Assembly (NCBI GenBank): GCA_002269645.1
Contig: NIVC01001716.1
Span: 124,001 to 188,000, forward strand
Origin: Macrostomum lignano
Lineage: Eukaryota
Length of the DNA stretch: 64,000 nucleotides
Direction: 5' to 3'
A program made the translations under genes and the position numbers. Below are positions 23,994 to 37,277 of this stretch, piece after piece; within the stretch, counting starts at the first letter, position 1, and each line of letters starts with the position of its first letter. The notes beneath the pieces are model-generated. The model saw only the letters and a program-made list of their open reading frames with translations. It was not told the origin of the DNA and searched no databases.

Positions 23994-24622
23994 CTGTTGC
24001 GTGTGGATGGTTAAAATAACAGGTATTTTGTGCGGGACTGATTGAGAAGATATACATTGATAGTTTTGTGAATATTGCTGACTTAAAGTTATTTCGTAGA
24101 GTACAATAAGCAGAGAACATAAGAGGATGTCAGCCTAAGCACCGGAATGAAGTCCAGGGGTTGCCGTGCGATTCACAGCCATGAGAGCCAAACCCCCAAG
24201 GCACAGAGAGTGTACATGCCTGACGATTGGAAAACCAGGTCCGCTGTACACCCTGTGTGAGCGTGTGTATGAGTGCGTGCCTTCTTTTTTGCGCGCTTGT
24301 ACGAGCGTATGTGCTCAGGAGTCGGAGGAATGGGCAGAGTTGCCGTCAGCGCTGGTTGTGGGCGATGTAGGCGAAGACGTTGCGCCAGGGTGTCCCACAG
24401 CCCTCCGGCAGCTATTAATATTATGGCGATTGCAGTCATTCAGACGGAGCATTGGTTTCCTTCAGTCTCCAAAGGGGGCTTAAACTGACGCCTCGTTTAT
24501 TAAATGCTTCTGAATATTCGATTAATTGTGTGGAAGAAAATCTCGTAGTACACGCACTCCTATACTGTTAGTAGTAACTACAAATTCAGAAAAACAGCTT
24601 TTTCAAGTGTGTCTAAACTCAC

Positions 24623-25424
24623 ATTTCTCAAGGCAGGTACTATTTGAGGTCTTGCAGCAGACTTTAATTAGCGTACTACTGTTGCGAAGAAGCTCCGGGT
24701 CCTTCAGCAGCTTGCTGTCCAACCTAATCACCAGACCAGTGAACGGGGAAGTGATGGCTTTGAGAAAGTCGGGCGGTTTGTCCACATTGATGGTGCTGTT
24801 GGCGTTGCTGTTCACGATGAGGCCAGTCAGGCTGGTGAGGGCTCCGCTGGCCATCTCCAGGGGCAGCAGGACCAGCACAGTCAGCCAGTTGAACATGTCG
24901 TGCACTGTGGCACCGGCGAACCGGCGAACCGGCGCTCGAGTTCTTCTCTGTCGCCAATCTGGCCCAGGGAGACAATCGTGTTGGTGACCGTAGTGCCGAT
25001 GTTGGCCCCCATGATCATGTAAACCGAGGAGCGCAGCTCCAGGATCTGGGCGCCGACCATTGTGATGATCAGCGAAGTGGAAGTCGACGAGCTCTGCACC
25101 AGGACGGTAAGCAGGACGCCCATCATCAGGCAGGCGACGGGGTTGGCGAACACGACGTTGTTGGACAGCAGCTCGCCAACCTGACGGCCACCGAGCAGGC
25201 GGAAGGCGGAGCTCATGAGGTCGAGTGAGCACACAAAGAAGTACAGGCAGAGAAGCAGAGCCAGTAGTCGTAGGACGAGCAAAGCGACTCGGAGAGCTAG
25301 CGGTCTCTTTGACTGAGTCGACTCATCGGTTGATTCATCGCTCTGCTTTGATGTTGTCGTAACTTTTTTCTCAATTGGCACTGGCTCGTCGAATGGCTCG
25401 GCTTGTTTGGAGATGGTCACGGTG
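24623..25424 (-). pseudogene. SLC34A: SLC34 copy A, exon 2, frameshifted by an 8-bp tandem duplication (CCGGCGAA, about 24913-24928)
   Basis: LVQSSSTSTS...GANIGTTVTNT...AGATVHDMFNWL motifs split across two frames; the exon is 802 nt versus 794 for an in-frame exon. Confidence 0.85.
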
Positions 25425-25682
25425 CTGGAACTAAGGGGGAGGGGGCGGGTTCGAGGGTTGAAATTGACCGCTTACACCTAAAATATCAATAGCTAGCTAG
25501 AGAACAGAAGCAAGCAGACCCCAGGAAGACAGGGTAACCATCCAGGAGCGCTAGGCTTTATTGCCGAATGCTGAGATGTCAAGACTCAATAGCGAGTTTC
25601 TGAGTCGCCACGGAAAAAGTTCCGTTTTTTGCTAAAGCAACACAGGCCACAGCAGCAGAAAAGGACAGCACTGATGCTTTAC

Positions 25683-25702
25683 CTATCAGTCGTTGATTCC
25701 AT
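25683..25702 (-). CDS. SLC34A: SLC34 copy A, exon 1 (MESTTDS)
   Basis: ATG plus 20 nt to a GTAAAG donor; phase 2 fits exon 2; identical in copy B. Confidence 0.7.
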
Positions 25703-26054
25703 TGTGGCATTGGTGAGTTGGTAGGATTTTTTGGAGCAGACGGTCTAACAGATGCTGGAACAAGTTCCGCTTTTTATGATTCGAGCACAGATCCACAGGC
25801 TGTCGTATATTTATACCCAAGCCATGCTGCTTATCGTGTCCGTTATAGTGAAGGGCAAAAACAGGAGGAGGGGGGGCTCGGATACGAATAACAAGCTGGC
25901 TGGAGCTTAGTCAATCTCGTTGCCTGCGGTGTGGGTGGGCCGAAAAAAGCAGACCACGCAGGATCTGCAGGTCGCTCCCATAGTGATTTCGAAAACATAT
26001 GCAGCGACATTGAAATTTGATTTTTGTACGCCATGAATTTGTAACAAGTTTTAT

Positions 26055-26755
26055 CAGACTACATCAGGCATCACACTAGACTACATCAGGCATCACATTA
26101 GACTACATCAGGCATCACACCAGACTACATCAGGCATCACATTAGAGTAAGACATCAGGCATCACACTAGACTACATCAGGCATCACATTAGAGTAAGAC
26201 ATCAGGCATCACACTAGACTATATCAGGAATCACACTAGACTATATCAAGCATCACATTAGACTACATCAGGCATCACATTAGACTATATCAGGCATCAC
26301 ACTAGGACTATATCAGGAATCACATTAGACTACATCAGGAATCACACTAGACTACATCAGGCATCACATTAGACTACATCAGGCATCACATTAGACTACA
26401 TCAGGCATCATATTAGACTACATCAGGCATCATATTAGACTACATCAGGCATCACACTAGACTACATCAGGCATCACATTAGACTATATCAGGCATCACA
26501 CTAGACTACATCAGGCATCACACTAGACTACATCAGGCATCACACTAGACTACATCAGGCATCACACTAGACTACATCAGGCATCACACTAGACTATATC
26601 AGGCATCATATTAGACTACATCAGGCATCACACTAGACTACATCAGGCATCATATTAGACTACATCAGGCATCACACTAGACTACACCAGGCATCACACT
26701 AGACTACATCAGGCATCATATTAGACTATATCAGGCATCACATTAGACTACATCA
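26055..26755. repeat. 21-bp minisatellite (TAGACTACATCAGGCATCACA), about 33 copies
   Basis: Tandem units; the same family occurs at 43535-44490. Confidence 0.96.
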
Positions 26756-28084
26756 ATCAATAAACTTGCCCGATAAAATTAGATTAATTTAGATTTATTG
26801 TCACACAAAAGTTACTCAGTCATGCCGTTAACAACACCTGACATGAGTGAATGCAACAATCAGTACAATTCGCAGCCCATAAATTCCAATTTTCTCGATA
26901 AGATCGCGTTTTAAAAAGTTAAAAATAGACTCCACAAGAAGGCCTTCACAGTGCCTTGCAACACTAGTAGTGTTTTAACTTTCAGAAATTTATTTTGCGT
27001 AACTTTATGAGGTTCAAAGTTTGAAAAATGAGTTACAAAATTACATATTTAGTGAGTGCTCGCAGGACAAGTTGTCTGTTTTTTCTACCACTAAATAAAT
27101 TAAACGTGTTTTGGTCCATAATTTTAACTTAAAAGTTTATTTTGCTAGATAAGCTTGTGAAAAAATATTATTGAGAACCGGGAGAGAACAAAACACAGCT
27201 GTGTTTTCAAAACAGGGTTCGTAAATATTCGCCTATAACAATCTAAAAAGTGTTACTCTACCACGCATGATTATTGTAGAAATTTGCAAACCTCTATAAT
27301 AAGTTGATTTTCGTCAAATGAATCAATGCAGGAAAATTCCGGGTGTATAATATTCCCATTTGTTTCGGTTCCCTAGGGTGGGAGGCTCGAGGCGCATAGT
27401 TGAACCCCAGTGAAGCTCAGTCCAGTGTCTATGGTATGTAACGCATTTTATTTAATGGCCGGGCTGTGAAATCAGCTATATGTAGTGCAGAACAGCGAAA
27501 AATTTAGAACAAGAGAAGAAAAATAACAAAGTCCAGTAGATCCGGAGAAATCTTCATATCTAGGGCCTCAAAAATCGCCAGGATCGGAAGGTCTTCCATG
27601 TCGAATTGACTTGCCAGAAAGTATACGATTGCGAATTGATTAGCTGCTTGAGATTTGGGATCGCCTGGTTGAGCCACACTTAAGTTCAAATATAATAACA
27701 CACCCAGATTTGCTGTCTATGGCGTAAAGAATGGCTTCGGACTGCGCATCCTCATCCTCACGCATCCTCAGCCATTCTATACGCCAAAGAAACTGTCGTG
27801 CCGTAAACTTGGCATAAAGAAACTCAAGTTTTATTTTAACTCGCAAGTAGCCGCCTATTTATTAATGACACTAGCAGGGGCTGAGAGAACACCGAAATAG
27901 AGTCACGTGATGACAATTAACTACGTACAAGTACATGGAAGCTTAGGGGTATGGCCATTCAGAGCAAAGGGAGAGGAAAGAATGGTGTGCACGGACGATT
28001 GACGTACATAGCATAAGTTAGTTAGTCAGTGCCTAGAGCTCCCGGCATCACAAAAACAAATCTGGGGGGGGGGGTTATCTTATA

Positions 28085-29180
28085 ATTATTGACCGAGGCG
28101 AAGCGGAGGTCAGTAAAAGTTATTTCCGTTTATTTATTTCTTTGGTCTAAAGCAAATGCAGAGGACTCGTTTCTTGGAAGCGAGTCCGAAGCTTTTGATT
28201 CAGACCATAGACTAAAATGAACGGAAATAATATATTTATACCCCGGCCGTTTGGACAAACTAACACTGTACATTTTAACCATAGACAAATGTTGATTTGA
28301 TGCAGTTCACGAAAACGACTGTGTTCGCGTTTGGTATTTCAAATTGAGTGGTTGCCTCTACTTAATTCCCTTTAATTTTAATCTGTGACACTTCACGTTA
28401 TTTTCAACTTGAGTGATATTGACATCGTCGATTTTGAATCACTTAGTCTTGCTGAAGTCTTCTTGAGTGAATTGCCACTGGCTCCCGAAACCGATTACAA
28501 CGAAGATGAGCAGAGACTCAAAGAAATGATTGCGTTTGTAGTGTCAGAAGCTACAACGAAGAAGTGTAAATGGATGGTAGAAATCTTTCGATCGTGGCAC
28601 AAAAGGAAGAAGACTCAATGGGCTAAGGCAGAATATGGACCGAGTTTGATGGTGTTGGCCGATCTATTCGAGATGAGCAAGCAAGATCTAAACTTGTTCT
28701 TAAGTGGATTAGCTAAGAGATACGAAATAAGCGTGGTGTTCGCTATGACGCTTCTACATTGAAGGATTTTTTCAGTATGTTGCAATACTTGGTCAACGAA
28801 TGTGGAAAGCCATGGAGCCTCTGGAAGGACGTGGATTGCGTCGTGCAGGACCTGTACCATCTAGCATCGAAGAGAAGCTCTGGTCTGAAGGTGTGCTCGG
28901 TAGTGATAGTCCACGACAACTGGTGAGTTCCACGATTTGGGGTGTGGGAAAACATTTCGCACTACGCGGTGGTTCGGAGTTGCGAGTTGTTCAATACTCG
29001 TAACCGTTAGCTATTGTACATCATAATCTGTCGCATAAACTTGTTTGATTACTTTTCTGCTGCTTATTCATTGTCTTATTTATTTGGATCGTTTATTTGG
29101 CCGGGACTTTGTCGGATGTTTTTTACATTGGACCATAAACTTATTTGGCGCGGCCAAAAGGGGTATAAATGAATTTCGCG
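28085..29180 (+). mobile_element. Degenerate Crypton-type (DUF3504 tyrosine recombinase) transposon remnant
   Basis: EEKLWSEGVLGSDSPRQLVSSTIWGVGKHFALRGGSELR resembles the DUF3504 LW..G.LG...P..L......G..F.LRGG.E motif. The upstream frame has TTKKCKWMVEIFRSW. An 11-bp inverted repeat lies at 28234-28244 / 29160-29170. Confidence 0.7.
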
Positions 29181-29401
29181 CCGAGAGCCTTCGATCCACC
29201 CTAGACAGCCGACTGAAATAGGAAATATGGTATTTATTCCTCAATTGCCCGCCAACTTTGATTGCACTTTCATTCATTCATGAGTACATTTATGAAAAAT
29301 ACATTCATGAGACAATGGGTTTGTGCATATGGTTTTGTCATAGACAATTATTAATTTTAGTCACTCGTGGCTTCACCACGCGTGAAAAATTCATTATTGT
29401 C

Positions 29402-32400
29402 TGTTGTGTGCGTATGCGAATTATTCGTCTATGTGCGAAACCATCTGCCCCCGTTTATATGTCGACCCCAAACAAGCGACCAAATATATTAACTCATTTT
29501 CGGCCTAGCATTGAATACTGTGGCTTAAGGCCAAGAACATAACATGGCATAGCAAGCAGTTAATCTGACCTGCTGCTAGCATTAAGCTGATCGGCAAGAA
29601 TGAGCAAAAGCCCGAATCCAGCGATGGGATCAAAGGCCCGGCGATCGATATCGCCTACGAGACCAGTGACAAGCCAAGGAGCAGGAGCCGCTGCTGTGAC
29701 TGCAAGTACCAGTCGGTTCAGCCTTCCTGGGCTACAGATCCTGCGTCTCGATCTAGCAACAGATACCATAGACGAGTTTGACGCATGGCAAGCGACCATC
29801 GAGGCCTATTTCGAGGCAATGGGGGTCAAGCTGAGCGAAGCGGACAGCCCCGAAGTGAAGGCACAGAAATCCGCCCACCGCAGGGCCTGCGTTTTAAACT
29901 CTTTCTCTGCTGCGACGTTCAACAAATACAAAAACCTGCCCCTATCTGTGGAACAACTTCGAGACCCGGAATTGGTCATCAAGACTTTGCGGGAGCACCT
30001 ACTCGGGCAAGTGAACGTTATTGTTGAGCACAATCGGTTCTGGACTCGTCAGCAAAAGGACGGCGAAACATTCTCCGACTACATCATGGAATTAAGAGAC
30101 CTGATGAGAACTTGTGCATTTTGTAAGCACTCAGACGATTTATTACGGGACAAAATCGTTCTAGGAATCAGAGATCCAGATACGGTAAAACGCCTGCTGG
30201 CCCAGCCGAAACTCAGTCTCTCCGAGGCAATTACAATTGCCTGACAATTGCCTGACGGTACCGGTCTTGTCATGGAGAGCATGCGTTGATTTGGGAATAA
30301 TTCCCAGGTATTTTCCTCGACAACAAATCAACTCGATCGCCACAAGAACTGCTACAGCAGAAGACCTAATCAGCGAATTCCCGGCTGTATTCGATGGGAT
30401 AGTAAGACCAATGAAGGGTGAAGCATTTTCGATCAAGCTTCGTGAAGACGCTCAACCTTTCTCCATTAAGACACCAAGGATACCGTTCCCATTGTACGAG
30501 CGACTTAAAGCTGAGCTGGACTCGTTGGAAGCTCAGGAAATAATCTGCAAAGTCACTGTTCCTACGCGCCAAAGAAAGACAATGGGATAGGATACGGATG
30601 TGCGTCGACTTTCGGGAATTAAACAAATGTTATTCTACCAAGGTACCAGTCTCAGACGCCATTGGAAGTCGTTGCAAGCACAGATGCTAGTCGCGCCAAG
30701 TATTTCTCTGTAGTTGACGCCTTGAAAGGATACCACCAAATACCGCTGGCTAAAGAAAGTATGCACCTGACAACGTTCATCACGCCGTTTAGTAGTTATA
30801 TGTTTAGGATGGCACCATTCGGTATAAGCTCTATTTCTGAATATTACAACCAGAGACTTGACGACACTTTTCAAGGACTCAAGGAAGTTCGACATGTCGT
30901 TGATGACTGTCTAATCGCAACTTCTGACGAGGAATCACACGTACAAGCGGTTCGTCAGTTTCTGCAGCGCTGTCAAGACAATGGGGTAGCATTAAATAAA
31001 AAGAAGTTTGCATTTTGCAAGACTCAAATTGATTTTGCCGGATTTCGATTGTCAGCTGATGGCTACAGCATTGATCCGGAGCTTATGAAAGCGGTCAGAA
31101 AATTTCCCACTCCAAACAATATTACCGACCTACGCGCGTTCTTTGGCCTAGTCAACCAAGTCGGCACGTTTACGTCAGACATAGCAGAAGTCACAGCCTC
31201 GTTAAGGCCGCTGTTTCCGAGAAGAATTTATTTCAATGGGGAGACGAACATCAAACGGCATTTGAAGCAGCCCGTCGCCGCCTGGCAATTGCTCCTACAC
31301 TGGCCTATTATGACCAACGCAAGCCAACAGCCCTGCACACGGATGCATCTCGACTTAAGGGAATCGGATTCTTGCTCAAACAGCAGCAGACCGATGGAAG
31401 CTGGCGTGTGGTTCAAGCTGGCTCGAGATTCATTTCAGAGACCGAGTCACGCTATGCCATGATCGAGTTGGAACTGTTAGCTGTGGTCTGGGCGACTCAG
31501 AAGTGCAGACTCTTCCTTGAGGGCCTTCATGAGTTTGAAATTGTAACCGACCACAAGCCGCTGATACCAATCCTGAACAGTTATCAGCTGGATCAAATAG
31601 AAAATTCCAGGATTCAGCGTCTTCGAGCGAAACTGAACCGCTACGTATACAAGGCGCGATGGGTAAAAGGCAAGGACAATGCCGACGCAGACGCTCTGGC
31701 GCGAGCACCGGTGGACAATCCGACAGCACAGGATGAACTGGGCGAGTCTGCAGATTTTCAACTTACCAATCAGCTCTTAATGCACCTCGAATCAGCAGAG
31801 CTGGATCCTATTCTGCAAAGAGTGCGACAAAGCACAGCTTCTGATCAGGAGTTGCAAGACCTGATGCAATATATTCGGGATGGCTTTCCCAATGACAAGG
31901 CAAACTTACATTACCTCTGCACTCTGCACTCTCACATTTTGGCATGTAAGAGACAAAAAGCTCTCAGTCGACGACGGCATCATTCTATGCGGATGTCGTT
32001 GCGTCATACCACATGCAATGAGGAAACAGATTTTGACGGACTTACACGCAAGTCACCAAGGTCTGCACAAGACAAAGCAGAGAGCAAGGATGGTCGTCTA
32101 CTGGCCTGGCATCGATCGGGACATTGAAAATACAGTCAAGCAGTGTCAGTCCTGTCGGGAACATCTACCATCGCAGATCAGGGAGCCGATGACAACCCAG
32201 GACCAACCGGATCGATGTTTTCAACACATACATGCAGATTTCTGCGAGCATGCCGGCAAGAAGTTCCTTGTGCTCGTGGATGCATACTCAGGCTGGCCAG
32301 CGTTCTGTCATTTCGGTGATCGAGCACCCACGTACAAGCTGATAAACGCTTGCCGCGAATTCTTTTGCCAAACAGCTGTACCGGAGAAATTCTGTGCAAA

Positions 32401-33327
32401 TTGAGGGCCACAATTTAAAGCACAGCCGTTCGTTAATTTTTTACGTCGCTGGGGTGTGAACATCAAATACTCATCTTCGTATTGCCATCAAAGCAATGGA
32501 AGAGCAGAAGCTGCCGTGAAAAGTATAAAGAAGATCGTTCGAGGAGCATGGGACAGTCGCTTGAATGACTTGGACAAAGACAAGATGGCTCAGGGTTTGC
32601 TGCAGCTGCGAAACATGCCCATGTACGATGGCAGAATTCCATCTGTAATGGTCTATGGACACACAGTCAGAGACACGCTGCCCGCGCATAGGAAAAGTTT
32701 TGCAAAGGAATGGAAGGACAAGGTCTGGAAAATGGAGGAAAAAAGCTGCAGAAATTCACGCTAAAGTTCATCAACACTACAATGCCTCGAAGCGACAACT
32801 GGAACCTCTCCGAGTCGGCAGTCACGTTGTTCTTCAAAACCCTGTAAAAGCTTTGGGACAAGAAGGGCGTCGTAGTAGAAGTTGGTCGGCACCAGGACTA
32901 CATGGTCAAGTTAGTAAGCGGCCGAATTTTCCGTCGCAATCGTGTGTACATCCGCCGATGTCTACCACAAGAACAGCTCTCTACTACTGGTGCATCTCAG
33001 AAGGAAGGTGAAGCACAAGACGCCCCGGACAAGCCAAAGACCGCACAGCCAAGGCGAAGTCAACGGTCGAACAAGGGAGTCCCGGCACCCAAGTTGCATT
33101 ACAGGAAGTTGGGTGAACCAGTTAACGCTTAAAAGGGGAGATGAGGAAGAAAGAACTGTAAAACTGTTTTGCTTAAAAGGGGAGATGTTGTGTGCGTATG
33201 CGAATTATTCGTCTATGTGCGAAACCATCTGCCCCCGTTTATATGTCGACCCCAAACAAGCGACCAAATATATTAACTCATTTCGGCCTAGCACTGATTA
33301 CTGTGGCTTAAGGCCAAGAACATAACA
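29402..33327 (+). mobile_element. Defective Ty3/Gypsy (Mag-like) LTR retrotransposon with both LTRs (29402-29544, 33186-33327)
   Basis: TG...CA LTRs of 143/142 bp; TGG primer site; PPT AAAAGGGGAGA; gag at 29600-30244; RT (VDALKGYHQI, RHVVDDCL), RNase H (YAMIELELLAVVWA, TDHKPL) and integrase (HASHQG, SNGRAEAAVK) broken by frameshifts and stops. Confidence 0.95.
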
Positions 33328-33404
33328 AATACCTCCAAAACAAGATACACAATCTACCATTGCTGTGTATAAATTCTGACTCTGTCTCGCGCTCTGTCTC
33401 TCTC

Positions 33405-33441
<37 letters not shown>

Positions 33442-33803
33442 CTTTGTCTACAGTCTATGGTTAAAAGTGGAACGGTTTCAAGAAGTGTCTCGTAAAAAGT
33501 ATACATGGTATTCATTCCCGCTTGGGCATTGGCCAAAGACTGTAGAAACTCCATGTTTGCCTCGGCCCTTTATCCAATTCTCAACATTAATGAATAGAAT
33601 CATGGATTGCTCGTCCGTCTTCAATTTGGGTTACAATTTTGCTCCCCGAAACCCCCGTTTGTATTGATTGGCTACTAAATATTTCTTAGTAGTCTAAGGC
33701 AAAGACAGCAATCCAAGCCAAAATAAATAAATAAATGAAGTAAATAAATTTGCACACAGTACACAGTACAATCCCTCCGTTCTCCACTTATAATTATACT
33801 AAG

Positions 33804-34430
33804 ATGGCCACCGAAAAGCGTCTGCCTAATTTTAGCCAGCGAGAGGTCGAGGTCCTAGCTCATATTGGAGCACGCAAGAGACAGTCCGGCACTGAGAGCA
33901 AAGCATAGAGATGCAGGCACAAACTCTCAAAAGAAGAAGCTTCTGGAAACGATCGCCACAGCGGTTTCTGCTGTTAGAGTATCGAGGCGCTCTCCAGAAG
34001 AATGTCGGAAAAAATTGCGTCATTGTGTAGCGAAACAAAGTCTCGGGTGGCCACAGTGTTCAATGAGCAAAGACGCACAGGCGGCGGCGTTTCAACAGCT
34101 GAACCACTGACGCAACAGGATCAAGCAGTCCTAGGCTTTCTACCCGACGTCGCATAGAAGGGTGCGGAAGGTGGATTTGATTCGTCGGCAGAAATGTCAT
34201 CTGTGACTGACAAGACATCCACGATCGTCGGTATGACAAAATCAGACCACAATAGGTCGGCTAACAGTTCGGCTGCCAGTTCGACTACTAGCCCGACGGA
34301 AGACAGTATCAACAAGACAACGGAGGGAAATGGCGACAACGAACCATCAACAAAAGTGAAGCCCACAGCAGTCATTTTCAACGGTCGCAAGCGCCATGTC
34401 GAAGACAAAGACGTTTCGACGCTCTGAGTA
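33804..34430 (+). mobile_element. PIF/Harbinger accessory ORF (Myb/SANT-like), frameshifted
   Basis: MATEKRLPNFSQREVEVL...KKKLLETIATAVSAVRVSRRSPEECRKKL resembles Myb_DNA-bind_5; convergent with the transposase. Confidence 0.8.
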
Positions 34431-34766
34431 TGCAGCGGGAAATGGTGGAGCTGCAGAAGGAGCCTGTCCACCTGGGCATACACCTGTTGCTAAACGCTTT
34501 ATTAAGCGTTGTAAGTTCTCATTATGAGAACTGAAAAGTTTAATCATCCGTTGACTGCTGTGTTGACAACCAGCAGACATTGCAAGGGTTTCTTTATTCA
34601 GTGTTCGCTAATAGTTTAGTACTAACACTTCATTACTAAGTACTAACATCTTAATAGCAGCCTGATACCAGTTTTTCTCGTTTTACATACCATAATAAAC
34701 AATAAAAACGATATTCGATTGTGAGCGTGAATGTCTCGATATTCTTTTCGAACTAGTCATTACGAC

Positions 34767-35770
34767 CTAAAAAAAGAAAGCAACCACTCGATCACGCTCC
34801 ACAGCACCGGCGACATCTTGTTCTCCACCTTCAAATCCATCGTCGACGATGTCCTCCACGCTCATCTCCATCACGTCAGGAACACGAATGCGACGGGCTT
34901 TGTTATGCAGGAAAATGCAGACGACAACGACCCGAGCCGAAAGAGCGGGGTCGAATTGCAAAGGCCCAGTGACTTTGTTAGACAAACAAAGGAACCAAGA
35001 CTTAAGAATCCCAAATGTCCTCTCTATTGCGACACGCGTCTTTCGCAGAGCCTGATTGTATGCTCTAATTGACAGAGCCGGGGTACACATACGGCGTGAG
35101 CAGGTATGGTTTCAACGCGTAGCCACTATCACCAAGGAGCCACTTGTCACCAAACTCGCCATTTAAAATTCGTTGTTTTAGATCCGACTGATTGAAAATG
35201 AACGAATCGTTTGCTGAACCAGGAAAGCGGACAACAGCGTCCACTATTTTTAAATCGCTGTCACACACACACACTGTACGTTAATCGAGTGGTATCCTTT
35301 GCGGTTCGCGAACACATTTTCGTTTTCACTCGGAGACTTTATGGAAATGTGGGTCCCATTAATGCAACCGAGTACCTTAGGGAACCCGGCGATGGCAGCG
35401 AACTGAACTGACACCGTCTCTCTCTGTAGCTCCGAACCGAAGCTAATATCCTCTCGAACTGTACTCACCAAGCAGTCGACAACTTCACGACAACTTCACG
35501 AACAATGCGACTAACAGATGGTCGAGAAACCCCAAATGACGCCTGCCGATTGCTAACCAGACATCCTGTTGCTAAGTAATTTACATGTATTGTGACACAC
35601 AGCTTTACAACGGTGGGTATAGCCTGATTCCTGTGCGTTCTGGGCTCCAGATTTTGTCCCATGGTGTCCAGCAATTCCACGATAGCGCCTCTTGGAAACG
35701 GTATCGTTTCAGTAACTCGTCTGCTAAGGTGAGGGGATCGCTCCTAAAAGTCACAGAAGACACCCCACTG
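34767..35770 (-). mobile_element. PIF/Harbinger (HARBI1-like) DDE transposase, decayed
   Basis: [14 protein letters not shown] (catalytic D mutated to N), [28 protein letters not shown]...RVAIERTFGILK, LHN motifs in three frames. Confidence 0.92.
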
Positions 35771-36249
35771 TAGCGGTAGGCCTACTAACAAAAACACAGG
35801 GTAGCCCTATTGTTGTCATTAGTTGGTAATGAGGGTTATTATGTCAAAAATACTTAGTGACCAACAGAGTTCTGGCGATAAATTGGAGTAGTAGTGGATC
35901 AATTTTTGTGCTCGTATCTCCAGAAGACTCAGCAAACAAAGGAGTCACTAAATAAAGCTTTATAAGAATCTTCACTATATAGCCACATTCTACCGTATTT
36001 TGCAACACGGACCTTACACTTTAACATGTTGCCTTTCGATAAACATCAGCAGTTTCAGCAGTCCTACCAATGAACCGTTTTCGGAATCGAAATTACTTAC
36101 GACTCCTGCGCAGGTTTAGGACTTTCTTCCCTGGCTAGTGAAGATTCACCTATGTTTTCCAAAAAAGCATCTGGAATTGGATAAGTTTTTTACCACAGAG
36201 GCAAACTCACTGACTACAAGGTAAAACCTATCTAAGTAAATTATTCATG

Positions 36250-37180
36250 GATCGGCCTCCAAGTTTTGTAGTTTTCCGTCCCGAGTATTGAGTAGTCCCT
36301 GGGCGGGTGTCAGATCAGTTTCCTCTGCGCGCGAGCTCTCTGAAGGCGGCAAACAGCGTGTGACTGGTCGATCACCCCAGCGTCATCCAAGCCAGGCAAT
36401 CCACGTAGCGGCGCGTCCGGCCAAAAAACCCGGCGCCAGGGTGCCCTGCATCGTGAGCAGCAAGACGTGCTGCACCAATTGAGGGCGCAGTAGTGTAGGC
36501 CTCCGCACGGATAGTGTGGCACGGCAGTTGAAGTCTTCGCCTACGTAGGGTCTCGCTAGGTGGTCGCAGCCCTGCGCGCTGGAAGAGGGCTGCGACGGAG
36601 ATTGCATCCGGATATTTGATGCTGAAGACGACTCGCAGCAGGCCCGAGTGTGCTGCGACTAGCCGCTTCTTCAGAGTCTCGGTCAGCTCCCATGTCTTAG
36701 TGTTGTAGGCCAGAACGTTTCGACTACCGCCTGAAACAGCCGAGACCTCAAGCGGTCTGACAGCGCGGCGTTCTGCAGGACCACCCGGATAGAACGGAAG
36801 GCCGCCCAGGCCAGGCCTCTGCGTTGCACCAAATCCTCCTGGACAATGGGCACTGAGTTGCTGCATGACCGTCGACGCCCCTGCAGGTGATGTTGATAGG
36901 CAGCTTCGCAGGTAAAGTCATCACAGCTCTGTCTTCTCGATGTTCACCGCTAGCCTGACCGATCCCGCAGATGCTACAAAGCTGTTTAGCATGCGCTGGG
37001 CTCCCTCAGCCATACAGTCGAGCAGCGCCAGGTCGTCGGCGTAACCCTCTGGGGGGTGACTGAGTTGTTCTCTGGCACAGCAGGAAGCCGTCCTCATCTG
37101 TTGGCTGAATCCTCCGCAGCACCCAATAGAGAACTTTTTAGCACCTCAGAGGTCGTGTTGAACAGGTCGGACAGTACGTC
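36250..37180 (-). mobile_element. RTE-like non-LTR retrotransposon fragment (RT C-terminal half)
   Basis: GYADDLALL at about 37021-37047; LAYNTKTWELTETLKKRLVAAHSGLLR...RRRRLQLPCHTIR. Confidence 0.8.
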
Positions 37181-37277
37181 AGGCGTCACCACGGCGGCTA
37201 GGGTCTCCTGGTAGAGAGCTATGGTTGCTGCGATTGGTCGCTCTGGCACGTGATACTGCAACTCCATCATCAAGGCT

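Larger units (their letters stand above)
21465..27100. repeat. Segmental duplication copy A (paralogous to about 35785-44800)
   Basis: Colinear homology of the 3' flank, SLC34 exons and introns, promoter, 21-bp satellite and the downstream AATAAACTTGCCCGATAAA block. Confidence 0.88.

Noticed and set aside
33330-33800. Search for the Harbinger left TIR and TAA/TTA target site
   Set aside because: No convincing inverted partner was found, and the other end appears truncated.
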